This document shows positions 17,919 through 26,611 of a DNA stretch of 64,000 bases, in pieces. The translations under genes were made by a program, and so were the position numbers. The stretch spans positions 1 to 64,000 of IMG/VR virus record IMGVR_UViG_3300045988_183585; one strand, given 5' to 3'. Positions within the stretch are counted from its first letter, which is position 1. Each line of letters begins with the position of its first letter. Source of the stretch: a virus. The notes under the pieces are model-generated. The model was given only the letters and a program-made list of their open reading frames with translations. It was not told the DNA's origin and did no database searches.

Positions 17919-19355
17919 ATGTTTGACCTGCTCTTTGGGAACAAGGCTGTTCTCGTTCCCGCAATTATCGTGATTGCGGTCCTCATCATCTGTATTCTGG
18001 GGTACATCAAGGCACCGCCCGATATGGCGTATATTATCTCTGGTCTCCGCAAGAAGCCCAAAATCCTCATTGGTCGTGCTGGTGTCCGTGTTCCGTTTCT
18101 GGAGCGCGTCGATAAGCTGATTGTCCGTCAGATTTCCGTGGATATCAAATCCGATGGCTACATTCCCACACTGGACTTCATCGGCGTTGATGTGGATGCC
18201 GTTGCCAAGGTCCGTGTTCGGACGGATGATGAAGGCATTAAGCTGGCTATGCGGAATTTCCTGAACATCACTGATGCCCGTGGCTTTGAGCAGGCGATTT
18301 CGGACTCTCTTCAGGGAAACATGAGAGAGATTATCGGTACTATAACGCTCAAGGAAATCTGCAATGACCGCAAGAAATTCGGTGATGAAATCCAGTCAAA
18401 GGCGCAGGTTGACATGAATGCGTTGGGTATCGAGATTATCTCCTGTAACATCCAGCGTGTAACCGACGAGAAGGGTCTTATCAATGCTCTGGGTCAGGAC
18501 AATATGAGTCAAATCCAGAAAAATGCTTCTATCGCCAAAGCCGAAGCGGAGCGCGATATTCAGATTGCTCAGGCGGAAGCGGCTCGTCAGGCGAACGAGG
18601 CGCAGGTTGCATCCGATACACAGATTTCTATTCGGAAGACCGAGCTGGCTATGAAGCAGGCCGAGCTGAAGGAGACCTCCGACATCAAGAAGGCTGCTGC
18701 CGATGCTGCCTATAAGATTGAGGAGCAGAAGCAGCGCCGGAGCCTCGATATTGCTTCTACCGATGCCGACATTGCGAAGCGCGAGAAGGAAGCAGAGCTG
18801 GCCGAGCGCGAAATCACGCTGCAGGAGCGTCGGCTGGATGCTGATATTCGCAAGAAGGCAGATGCCGATAAGTACGCTGCCGAAAAGAAGGCCGAAGCAG
18901 AGCTGTACGCTCGCAAGCAGGAAGCCGAGGCCAAGCGCTTCGAGCAGGAGCAGATTGCCGAAGGTATCAAGGCCGTTGGTGCCGCAGAAGCCGAGGCTAT
19001 CAAGGCCAAGGCTCTGGCCGAAGCGGAGGGTATCGACCGTAAGGCTGAGGCCATGAAGAAGTATGGTGAGGCCGCAGTGGTCGAGATGATTATGAACGCG
19101 CTTCCCGAAATCGCCAAGAACGTGGCTGCACCTCTCACTAATGTGGATTCTATTACCATGTACGGCGAGGGCAACAGCACCAAGCTGATTGAGGACATCG
19201 TTTCTTCTACCACTCAGGTCTCCAACGGTATGCTGAATGGTCTGGGTATCGACCTGCGGAGCCTGCTGGCCGGCTTTGTCGGTGGTAAGGTCGCAGTTCC
19301 CGCATCTGCTTCCAGTGTTGAGCCTACTGCCGTTACTGAGGGCGACACCGAGTAA
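17919..19355 (+). CDS. flotillin / SPFH-domain protein
   Basis: N-terminal TM, SPFH core, then a long Ala/Glu/Lys-rich coiled coil (AEAERDIQIAQAEAARQANE...). Confidence 0.85.
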   Translation: MFDLLFGNKAVLVPAIIVIAVLIICILGYIKAPPDMAYIISGLRKKPKILIGRAGVRVPFLERVDKLIVRQISVDIKSDGYIPTLDFIGVDVDAVAKVRVRTDDEGIKLAMRNFLNITDARGFEQAISDSLQGNMREIIGTITLKEICNDRKKFGDEIQSKAQVDMNALGIEIISCNIQRVTDEKGLINALGQDNMSQIQKNASIAKAEAERDIQIAQAEAARQANEAQVASDTQISIRKTELAMKQAELKETSDIKKAAADAAYKIEEQKQRRSLDIASTDADIAKREKEAELAEREITLQERRLDADIRKKADADKYAAEKKAEAELYARKQEAEAKRFEQEQIAEGIKAVGAAEAEAIKAKALAEAEGIDRKAEAMKKYGEAAVVEMIMNALPEIAKNVAAPLTNVDSITMYGEGNSTKLIEDIVSSTTQVSNGMLNGLGIDLRSLLAGFVGGKVAVPASASSVEPTAVTEGDTE

Positions 19356-19397
19356 GTATAATATCCCGCCGTAGGCACTCCCTGCGGCGGGTCATAC

Positions 19398-19486
19398 GGA
19401 GAGATGGCTGAGTGGTCGAAAGCACCGGCCTTGAAATCCGGCGATGTCAAAAGCATCCGTGGGTTCGAATCCCACTCTCTCCGCCA
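19398..19486 (+). tRNA. tRNA-Ser (anticodon UGA), long variable arm, encoded CCA
   Basis: GGAGAGA acceptor stem pairs with TCTCTCC. Anticodon loop is CTTGAAA. T-arm is GTGGGTTCGAATCCCAC. 3' end is GCCA. Confidence 0.85.
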
Positions 19487-19644
19487 AAGAAAATAAGTAC
19501 GGACGGTATAACCGGAATTTACGTCTGTGGAGACAAAATCTGTCGCTGAAGCAGGAACTTGCCATGGCTGAACACCGCGTGAGAGGCGGTACAGCACCGA
19601 GGCAGGAGTGCCGTGGGGGAACATGAGCAAGCGTACAAAAATCG

Positions 19645-19866
19645 GTGGAATGGCAGGTGACTTATGAATGGCAGACTATTTCAAAGTTGTATATTCGCGG
19701 GAGCTTTCCTCAGAATATTGACCATGCTTGCCCCGGCTTTACGGAGAAGCACCCTTCTTGGATGGTAGACCTGTCAGAATGGAAGCTCGTCGAAGATGTC
19801 CATAGCCTCCATTCCCGCAATGTATCGAAATTTGTGAGATGGTATGCTCAGAAGGAGGCGTCCTAA
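19645..19866 (+). CDS. small hypothetical protein
   Basis: ORF with no strong RBS; first of four co-oriented small ORFs. Confidence 0.3.
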   Translation: MEWQVTYEWQTISKLYIRGSFPQNIDHACPGFTEKHPSWMVDLSEWKLVEDVHSLHSRNVSKFVRWYAQKEAS

Positions 19867-20085
19867 ATGGAAGCTACACCTGCCATAACCTCACGGTTGC
19901 CTTATAGACATTGTGCCAAGTGCGTCAACCGTATCGTACTTCACGCATTCTCCGAAAGCCATTGTCTCGAATGCGGCAAAGTCATCATCTGCTTTAATAC
20001 CCCTGCAGACTCGCTTTGTCCTGAATGTGCCATCAAACTGAACCGCTGCATCCATTGCGGCGTTGAACTGGATAAGGAGGATTAA
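19867..20085 (+). CDS. Cys-rich zinc-ribbon protein
   Basis: AGGAGG RBS. Four CxxC pairs (CAKC, CLEC, CPEC, CIHC). Confidence 0.5.
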   Translation: MEATPAITSRLPYRHCAKCVNRIVLHAFSESHCLECGKVIICFNTPADSLCPECAIKLNRCIHCGVELDKED

Positions 20086-20088
20086 ATC

Positions 20089-20361
20089 GTGCGTAACATT
20101 GTCATCATTAAGCACCCCAAGTGCCCGCAGACATTCCTGTTTTCCGTCCCTGACGGATGTGAGCTCCATACCGGAGATTTCGTGACAGTGGACACAAAGA
20201 AGGGTAAGACCGTTGGCATCTGCGCCTCGGACAGCTTCTCCGTTCCTGAGAGTGCTTTGAAGCACATCGTTACTGCTTTTGGCGGTTCTGAGCCCCTGCG
20301 TACAGTTGTCGGTATGTTGGAGGAGCGCCCGCTGGTCAGCGCTGTTAAGGAGGCATCTTAA
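20089..20361 (+). CDS. hypothetical protein
   Basis: GTG start 3 nt after the previous stop, with a GGAGG RBS. Confidence 0.45.
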   Translation: MRNIVIIKHPKCPQTFLFSVPDGCELHTGDFVTVDTKKGKTVGICASDSFSVPESALKHIVTAFGGSEPLRTVVGMLEERPLVSAVKEAS

Positions 20362-20564
20362 TGGCCGCCGGCAAACAGCGTGCAGGCGCCGACCGACGCT
20401 ATATCGTCTTCTGTACCGCTTGCGGGCAGGTTGCCCCACTGACCGATAAGGTGGATGTGGATGGACACCTCATGTACGACTGGCACCGTCCTTGTCCTCG
20501 CTGCGGCAAGGAGGAGTGGGCGACACGATTCATCAACCCCATCGGCACCACAACCAAAAAATAA
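20361..20564 (+). CDS. small zinc-ribbon protein
   Basis: Start overlaps the upstream stop (TAATG). CTAC..CPRC. Confidence 0.5.
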   Translation: MAAGKQRAGADRRYIVFCTACGQVAPLTDKVDVDGHLMYDWHRPCPRCGKEEWATRFINPIGTTTKK

Positions 20565-20569
20565 GCAAA

Positions 20570-20601
20570 GGCGGCTCTGCATCTGGCAGAGCCGTTTTTC
20601 C
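20570..20601 (+). terminator. intrinsic terminator
   Basis: ggcggctctgc atctg gcagagccg followed by tttttcc. Confidence 0.6.
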
Positions 20602-20823
20602 ACTTCTTCCACACAGCTTTCCACAATATATTGTATGTATGCCATTTCTCTACACAATATGCTATATATTCCCATTTCCCACACCCGTTTGCAGTTTGCG
20701 AACACGGAATGTAAAGTGCAAATGTGAGTTTGCGTATCTCTTTGCTTATTTGCCCAATCTCTTAGCTTTTTCCTTGCAATTTAGTTTGGTTTGTCGCAAG
20801 TTGGTTGCAACCTTGAAAAATAA

Positions 20824-20854
20824 GCAAAAAGCACCTCTCAAAAGAGAGGTGCTT
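20824..20854 (-). terminator. intrinsic terminator of minus-strand unit A
   Basis: agcacctctc aaaag agaggtgct, flanked by A/T runs. Confidence 0.6.
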
Positions 20855-20860
20855 TTGTGT

Positions 20861-22225
20861 TTAGAATTTGAGTTGCTCTTCAGTTATTTTTGCGATTTGC
20901 GGCAACTTGCGAGCTTCTTCGGTACGGAGCTGGAACATATCCAACTCATAATTACCGAGCCGGACGCGGTCAAGCCCATCAGCGTCTTTGAAAATATCAA
21001 AGAGTGTTTTGACGCGCAGCGCATCCTGCCTATCCCTCCAGTGTTCCGAGATGAAGTCGTAGCCTTCCTTATCGGGGCGGCAGTGATACTCCATCAGAAA
21101 CAGTGTGATGGGGTCTGTATCAGGATATGCTTCCTGCAGCATCCTTGCGCTCTCGCCACCGTGTGTATTATCCTCGGAATCGCTACGTCTGCCTGTGTCG
21201 TGATACAGTGCAGCCTCAATCAGAATTTCCTTGTCTTCCAAGTCCAGACCCTTCATATATGCCAACAGCATACACATGAACAGGACACGGCCAGCATGAG
21301 CCTTTCCGTGTAGTTTGCTTGCCATTTGGAAAGGAACGGCATCATAGTCGGCAGTCCTCTGATAGAGCCAGAAGTCATCTATCGCGCCGTCATCCACGGC
21401 CTCATTGAGCCAGTCGATACCATAGAGGGGAAAGTCTTCAACCTCCTTGATGTCATCAGGAGATACGATAATTTCAGCCTCCACGCCTTCGAAATACTCA
21501 ATGACAGAGGCTTTTTCGACTGTAGCCCGAAATACCTTCGCATTGTCAGACGGGAAGCGTGTGGCGAAGAACACGGCCACGGCAGGGTCCAGCGTCCAAG
21601 AGAATGCCTCCTCCAGACTTGCGCTTTCATCGCCGGCGCCACGGTAGACCGTCAGGGTGTCGGGATACTTCTTGAGTCCCTCCTCCGTTGCCTGAATCTG
21701 TTCCGGTGTTTTCATGCTCTTGAGCTTCAGTATGCCGTCCCGTCCAAGTGCGGAGCATCCGTAATCGGAAAAAGGGTAGACATCATAGAACAGTTTGTAA
21801 GCGCCATCAAAGCCCTCATCAACGAGCTTCTTCAGATACTCTATCCGCATCCGGTCGTTGAGTGCCGTGATGATGAAGCTACAGTTGCCTGAAGCAATTT
21901 TCTCCTTCAGTTGCTCAACAGCCCCTCGGATTTCAGGTGTTTTATCCTCGCCGTCGGCTGCCATTGTGAGACTGTGGCAGGGGAATATGACCTTATCCTT
22001 ATCCCAGTAATAGAACGGGGTGAAGCCGCAGCCATAGTAGAGGTTCTTAATGATGTCGTCGGTCAGATGAAACTTCTTCCGCAGTTCATCGGCTGTATAG
22101 AGCGCCATATAGCCGTTCCGACTGGCAATCGCCTTTGCTTTCTCTGATGTGACAGACGCAGCAGGGAGGAGGTTGCTGAACGATTCGACATTGCGGGATT
22201 TCATCACCACATCAGCGATGTTCAA
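20861..22225 (-). CDS. HD-domain phosphohydrolase with large unknown N-terminal domain
   Basis: C-terminal H..HD..H..D motifs (HGKAHAGR, ALYHDTGRR, DADGLDRVRLG). Start set at the second TTG, 9 nt after AGGAGG. Confidence 0.65.
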   Translation of the reverse strand: MNIADVVMKSRNVESFSNLLPAASVTSEKAKAIASRNGYMALYTADELRKKFHLTDDIIKNLYYGCGFTPFYYWDKDKVIFPCHSLTMAADGEDKTPEIRGAVEQLKEKIASGNCSFIITALNDRMRIEYLKKLVDEGFDGAYKLFYDVYPFSDYGCSALGRDGILKLKSMKTPEQIQATEEGLKKYPDTLTVYRGAGDESASLEEAFSWTLDPAVAVFFATRFPSDNAKVFRATVEKASVIEYFEGVEAEIIVSPDDIKEVEDFPLYGIDWLNEAVDDGAIDDFWLYQRTADYDAVPFQMASKLHGKAHAGRVLFMCMLLAYMKGLDLEDKEILIEAALYHDTGRRSDSEDNTHGGESARMLQEAYPDTDPITLFLMEYHCRPDKEGYDFISEHWRDRQDALRVKTLFDIFKDADGLDRVRLGNYELDMFQLRTEEARKLPQIAKITEEQLKF

Positions 22226-22421
22226 ACTTTTCAACCTCCTTCAACAATTTCTCTATCACTTCGGCAGCATCAGCTTCAAGGCTGTTAATGTTGCAGGCCC
22301 CGTCCACATCTCGGTATTTGCATCGCTTATCGCCGCAACCGAAGTTGTCTTCAGCGTCCGTGCCGTAGCAGCGGAGTCTTTTGACAACTCTCAGCGCGTC
22401 GCTTTTTAGCTTTGCCGTCAT
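22212..22421 (-). CDS. small 4-Cys protein
   Basis: CYGTDAEDNFGCGDKRCKYRDVDGAC. Overlaps the HD gene start. Confidence 0.35.
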   Translation of the reverse strand: MTAKLKSDALRVVKRLRCYGTDAEDNFGCGDKRCKYRDVDGACNINSLEADAAEVIEKLLKEVEKFEHR

Positions 22422-22445
22422 CGCGTTTTCTCCTTTCTTTTTTGG

Positions 22446-23492
22446 TCAAGCTCGAATGTATCGTGCCTTTTTGGACATTCCGATACGTTTAATGCTTCCT
22501 TCCTTCACCATGTGTCCCAGCACAGCTTCCACAGTGGACGGGCTGACATCAGGATGAATGGCACATATCTCTGCTTTGGAAATTGGCATCAGGCTGCCAA
22601 GTACCGTAGCTTCGATTCGCGTCATCTTCGTGATTTTCTTCCCATTGACGACTGCAAACCGCTTATCCAACTCCTTATAGCACTGATACAGTATGGACAA
22701 GAAGTTTTGAATAAATGGCGCATAGTCGTTGTTGTTCTCCATCCAGCCCTTCGAGGATTGCTCCAGTGCGTCGTAATAATACGCCTTGTGCTGGTTGATT
22801 TGTTCCTCGAAAGAAATGTACTTTCCTACATCGAAGCCGTTTTTGTAGAGCAGCAGAAGTGAGAGCAACCTCGACATTCTGCCGTTGCCGTCACGGAATG
22901 GATGGATACAAAGGAAGTCCAAAATAACGCAGGGAATAAGAAGAAGCTGGTTGATATTAGAGTTGGAACAGGCATCCAAATAGGCCAGTTCCAGTTGCTC
23001 CATAGTAGCCGGTGTCTCTGCCGCAGGTGTGGGACGAAACCTCACACGCCGCGTGCCATCCGCCGCGACTTCCAGAATCACATTGTCATCCGTTTTGTAC
23101 TGCCCACCGTTCTCGTCGCCTGCGACTGCCATCATGGTTTCATGGAGCCGCAGAATGTCAGGAACGCCGAAAGACAGGTACTCATATCCTGAATGCACAG
23201 CGTTGAGTGCATCTCTGTATCCGGCAATTTCCGCCTCATCATGGTTCAGAGGCGCACTGCTGTGGTTTACGATTTCCGCAATGCGCTTGTCGCTGGTCAC
23301 AATGCCCTCAATGGCGTTGGAGCTCTTTACTGACTGAACTCGCGCAATGGATTCCAGTTCAGTGAAGACTTTTCCAAACTCCTGCTTACGGAAGCCGGCT
23401 TCAGTACGAAGAGAGTAGATTTTGCTCGTGATGTTCACAAGGCTTGCAGGAAGCAGCCCGTTATCGAGGAAAGAATAATCAAACTTTCTCAT
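22446..23492 (-). CDS. Fic/DOC family protein
   Basis: HPFRDGNGRMSRLL is the canonical Fic motif. Start moved to MRKFDYSF, with an AAAGGAG RBS. Confidence 0.85.
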   Translation of the reverse strand: MRKFDYSFLDNGLLPASLVNITSKIYSLRTEAGFRKQEFGKVFTELESIARVQSVKSSNAIEGIVTSDKRIAEIVNHSSAPLNHDEAEIAGYRDALNAVHSGYEYLSFGVPDILRLHETMMAVAGDENGGQYKTDDNVILEVAADGTRRVRFRPTPAAETPATMEQLELAYLDACSNSNINQLLLIPCVILDFLCIHPFRDGNGRMSRLLSLLLLYKNGFDVGKYISFEEQINQHKAYYYDALEQSSKGWMENNNDYAPFIQNFLSILYQCYKELDKRFAVVNGKKITKMTRIEATVLGSLMPISKAEICAIHPDVSPSTVEAVLGHMVKEGSIKRIGMSKKARYIRA

Positions 23493-23567
23493 AACACCAG
23501 CTCCTTTCTGCACATTATTATACATCATTATATGCAGAAAATCAACTCCTTCCTGCAGCAAATGGGC

Positions 23568-23804
23568 TTAAAGAACAACATCAGCAAGAACTTCCTTGGA
23601 AACCGTGTTGTTCCACATCCGCACACTTTTCCTGATACTGCTGGCATAGATTTTTGTGCCGGCATAGGTCTTCAGGTTTGCGTGGAACGGAAACCCCTTT
23701 TTGCAACTCTGACATACAGCCTTACAATCGGGCTTGCCACAGTGGGAATACAGCTTGATTTTGCCACCACACACAGGGCAGGGAGCAATGTAACCTAAAT
23801 CCAT
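23568..23804 (-). CDS. small zinc-ribbon protein
   Basis: CPVCGG..HCGKPDC..CQSC. Start at MDLGY, with a GGAGA RBS. Confidence 0.5.
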   Translation of the reverse strand: MDLGYIAPCPVCGGKIKLYSHCGKPDCKAVCQSCKKGFPFHANLKTYAGTKIYASSIRKSVRMWNNTVSKEVLADVVL

Positions 23805-23822
23805 AGTATTATCTCCTTTCAA

Positions 23823-23850
23823 GAAGAGCCACCCCGAAGGGTGGCTCTTT
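23823..23850 (-). terminator. intrinsic terminator
   Basis: agagccaccc cgaa gggtggctct. Confidence 0.55.
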
Positions 23851-23858
23851 AGTTGTAG

Positions 23859-26087
23859 TTAGACCTTCAGCCGTTTCTTGACGATTTTGACCATTGCCTT
23901 GGGGAAGGTGGACAGGTCAGTAATGTCAAGGAACTGGTCGCCGTAAATCTTCTTGAGGTACGCTTTGTCGTCGCCGATAGCTGCTGCAACAATCTCAACA
24001 CCGCGCCGGCGATTGCGGGCTACGATGTCTTTGATGTCCTTCGCCGCAGAATCTCCACCATAGGAATCATCATTCGGCTTGCCGTCCGAGATGATAATGA
24101 GGAGCTTCGTGCGCTCAGGTCTCGCATTCAGCAGGTTCGCAACGACCTCCAGAGCTGCACCGTCACGGTTACAACCTCCGGTGGAGAGCTTGGCAAGGCG
24201 ATACTTGTCACGCTTACCAGCCTTCAGGAAGTCCGTATAGACGAACAGGTTGACCCTACCATGCATGGTCACGTTGTGGCCGTACACAGCGACAGGAACA
24301 TGAACACGCTCTGCATAGTCATGCAGGAGCATGGTGGCCTTCATAGCGGCGCCCATGCGCTGTCCGCACATGGAGCCGGACTGGTCAACGAGAACAGCCA
24401 CGGCCATGTCAGGCAGGTCCTGCGGCAGCTTGGTGTCGCTGAAGTACCGGCAGTCGGGACGCCACATATCATTGGCTACGATATCTCTACCGTACATCCG
24501 ATTTCTGCGGACATCGCCATCTTGCAGGTCTTTCAGTTCCTGCTGCATCAGCTTCGCCAAACGCTTGGAATACTGTTTCACATCCTCCATCATTTCTCCG
24601 TAGAGCTTGATGTTTGCGGGTGTTACTTCAACCTCGCGTTTGACGTCGATTTTATGACCCTTGTGCGTGGAGCTGCGGTCCATGATGTCAACATCAGCGA
24701 TGATTTGGGACTTCAAATCCTGTTCCATCTGAGCTTCGGCCATGTCACCGGCAACGGAGGAAATGATGGTCTGCAGAACATTTGCCAACATATTGTCAGC
24801 CTGCTCCTGCTTCTCATTCTTATCCTTTCCATCGCCGTTCTTACCAGCCACAGCAGCGGGAACGTTGCCCTTATTGGCATCATTACCGCCGGAACCGCTG
24901 CCGCCCTTTTTGCCCTTTTTCTTACCAGCAGACTGAGCATCCTTGGTAGCTTGCTTGGCTACGTTGGAAGCCTTCTGGTTCTTGGGCATCTGAGAGCCGC
25001 CGCCATTCTGTGCGGCCTGAGCGATTTGCTGGAGCACCTGCTGAATGGCATTTGCGCTGGGCTGGGAGACACCTCCGCCGCCCTGCTGGTTCTGGCTGTT
25101 TTGACCGCCGCCGGAGTTGCCGCCGGAAGAGGACTGGCCCTGCTGCCCCCCCTGACCGTTCTGGTCGGAGCCGGACTGCTGACCTTGCCCCTGCTGGCCT
25201 TGGCCTGCCTGAGCATTCTGCTGCTTGTCACACTTATCTATTGCATCCTTGATGTAAGGCCACATAAAGAGAAGCATCACATTGATTTGAGCATACAGCT
25301 CTTTAGGGTTATCCGTGTTGGTGGCAAGCTCAATGGCCTGTGAGATGTCTGTCAGCTTCTTGGCGTACTCATTGGTATAGAGCGTCTGCTCATCCGCAAC
25401 GAGAATTTCACCGAAGCGTGCGAACTGGAGAACGAGGCTTGTCATGATAGACAGCGGCTCATTCTTGTTATTCGTATAGCCTTCCAGCGTGTGAAGCTGT
25501 CCCTGAAGGGAAGATGCTGCCATCTCAATACCACGTGCAACAATGCCGCCGTAGTAGTCGCTCATACGCTCCTCGTCGTGTGCGTCGATGATGCAGTTGA
25601 CGAGTTCGTCCCGCAGCGACTTGAACACCTTGCGGTATTCAGGATGCTTCAGCGCCTCCTTCATCTCATCCAGTTCTGTCTCGTCGTCCGGTTCAGGCAT
25701 CCGTCCGTAGAGTGTGCCGTTCTCTTCCAATTCCTTGTCTGCCAACGCATCGGCGCGGAAGTCGTGGAATCGGATGTGGGCCAACTCATGATAGACGATA
25801 CCCATAACCGTTGCGAATCGTGAGGAGGGGAGCTTATACCACGTGATGACACTATTCGCCGTATTCTGATAAAGATTATTCCCATCAGTACAGGCGGTGA
25901 TGTCTGAGTTTGGGTTATGCATCAGAGAAACGGAGATGTGCTTGTCAAGGTCCTTCGTCATCGAATCGACTGTCGCCTGCACATGACTCCGAAACGCTTC
26001 ACTGGTGTAGATGTCAGCATCCGTGAGCTTCTCGCTCATTTCATTGGCACCCACACGGATTTGCCTCCAGATAGATTTCTGGTCCAT
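23859..26087 (-). CDS. vWA-domain protein with N-terminal HExxH putative metallopeptidase region (DUF2201-like) and Q/G-rich linker
   Basis: YHELAHIRFH (HExxH motif). Low-complexity QGQQGQGQQSGSDQNGQGGQQ linker. C-terminal VLVDQSGSM is the vWA MIDAS motif. Confidence 0.75.
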   Translation of the reverse strand: MDQKSIWRQIRVGANEMSEKLTDADIYTSEAFRSHVQATVDSMTKDLDKHISVSLMHNPNSDITACTDGNNLYQNTANSVITWYKLPSSRFATVMGIVYHELAHIRFHDFRADALADKELEENGTLYGRMPEPDDETELDEMKEALKHPEYRKVFKSLRDELVNCIIDAHDEERMSDYYGGIVARGIEMAASSLQGQLHTLEGYTNNKNEPLSIMTSLVLQFARFGEILVADEQTLYTNEYAKKLTDISQAIELATNTDNPKELYAQINVMLLFMWPYIKDAIDKCDKQQNAQAGQGQQGQGQQSGSDQNGQGGQQGQSSSGGNSGGGQNSQNQQGGGGVSQPSANAIQQVLQQIAQAAQNGGGSQMPKNQKASNVAKQATKDAQSAGKKKGKKGGSGSGGNDANKGNVPAAVAGKNGDGKDKNEKQEQADNMLANVLQTIISSVAGDMAEAQMEQDLKSQIIADVDIMDRSSTHKGHKIDVKREVEVTPANIKLYGEMMEDVKQYSKRLAKLMQQELKDLQDGDVRRNRMYGRDIVANDMWRPDCRYFSDTKLPQDLPDMAVAVLVDQSGSMCGQRMGAAMKATMLLHDYAERVHVPVAVYGHNVTMHGRVNLFVYTDFLKAGKRDKYRLAKLSTGGCNRDGAALEVVANLLNARPERTKLLIIISDGKPNDDSYGGDSAAKDIKDIVARNRRRGVEIVAAAIGDDKAYLKKIYGDQFLDITDLSTFPKAMVKIVKKRLKV

Positions 26088-26109
26088 GCGTCATTTCTCC
26101 TTTCTAAAT

Positions 26110-26532
26110 TCACTTGTGCCGGTTCTTGAAAATCTCAACGGTAAACTCAAGGCAGAAATCTGCCACCTGCAAACGGTCTTTAGGATTGCCAGTGAACACG
26201 GGGTCAATACCGTTGGCGACAGCCATTCGGTTGAGAATGCCGCATCCAGCCATAGCTGCCTCGTGTGCCGACCGGCGTCCCGCGTCGATAGTCTGCAGCG
26301 TGTCGATGAGGTCTTCGCCTTCGAGACGATTATGGGCGATGATGATGCGAGTTTCGCTCATATCAACGGTCGTCACATAGTCGAGGAAAGCACCGGCGCA
26401 GCGCCGTTCGATGTTGTCGAGCATCTTATCAGCGTACTGGACGCCGTTTTTGATGCACTCACCGACCTTAGCGCAAAGCGCCTTATAGCTCTCGTGATTA
26501 AAGAACTTGGCGTTCTCATAGTTGTGAGTCAT
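26110..26532 (-). CDS. hypothetical protein
   Basis: Start moved to MTHNYENAK, with an AAAGGAGAAAACATC RBS. The longer track ORF overlaps the upstream gene. Confidence 0.5.
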   Translation of the reverse strand: MTHNYENAKFFNHESYKALCAKVGECIKNGVQYADKMLDNIERRCAGAFLDYVTTVDMSETRIIIAHNRLEGEDLIDTLQTIDAGRRSAHEAAMAGCGILNRMAVANGIDPVFTGNPKDRLQVADFCLEFTVEIFKNRHK

Positions 26533-26611
26533 GATGTTTTCTCCTTTCTTGCTTTCGGTCCTGAAAGCAAGAAAAGAGGCTCCATGCCTCTCTTCTCCTT
26601 TCAGGACAAGC

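Noticed and set aside
19444-19626. 60-aa ORF overlapping the tRNA
   Set aside because: Overlaps tRNA-Ser and lacks an RBS. Spurious.
19487-19660. Integrase or att core expected next to the tRNA 3' end
   Set aside because: No tyrosine/serine recombinase ORF is present anywhere in the window. I could not find a second copy of the tRNA 3' end by eye, so no att call is made.
24780-25200. Nucleotide-level tandem repeat element
   Set aside because: It is coding low-complexity (Gln/Gly-rich linker of the vWA protein), not an independent DNA repeat.
24261-25343. 360-aa plus-strand ORF
   Set aside because: Antisense to the vWA gene across its Q/G low-complexity region. An open frame is expected by composition.
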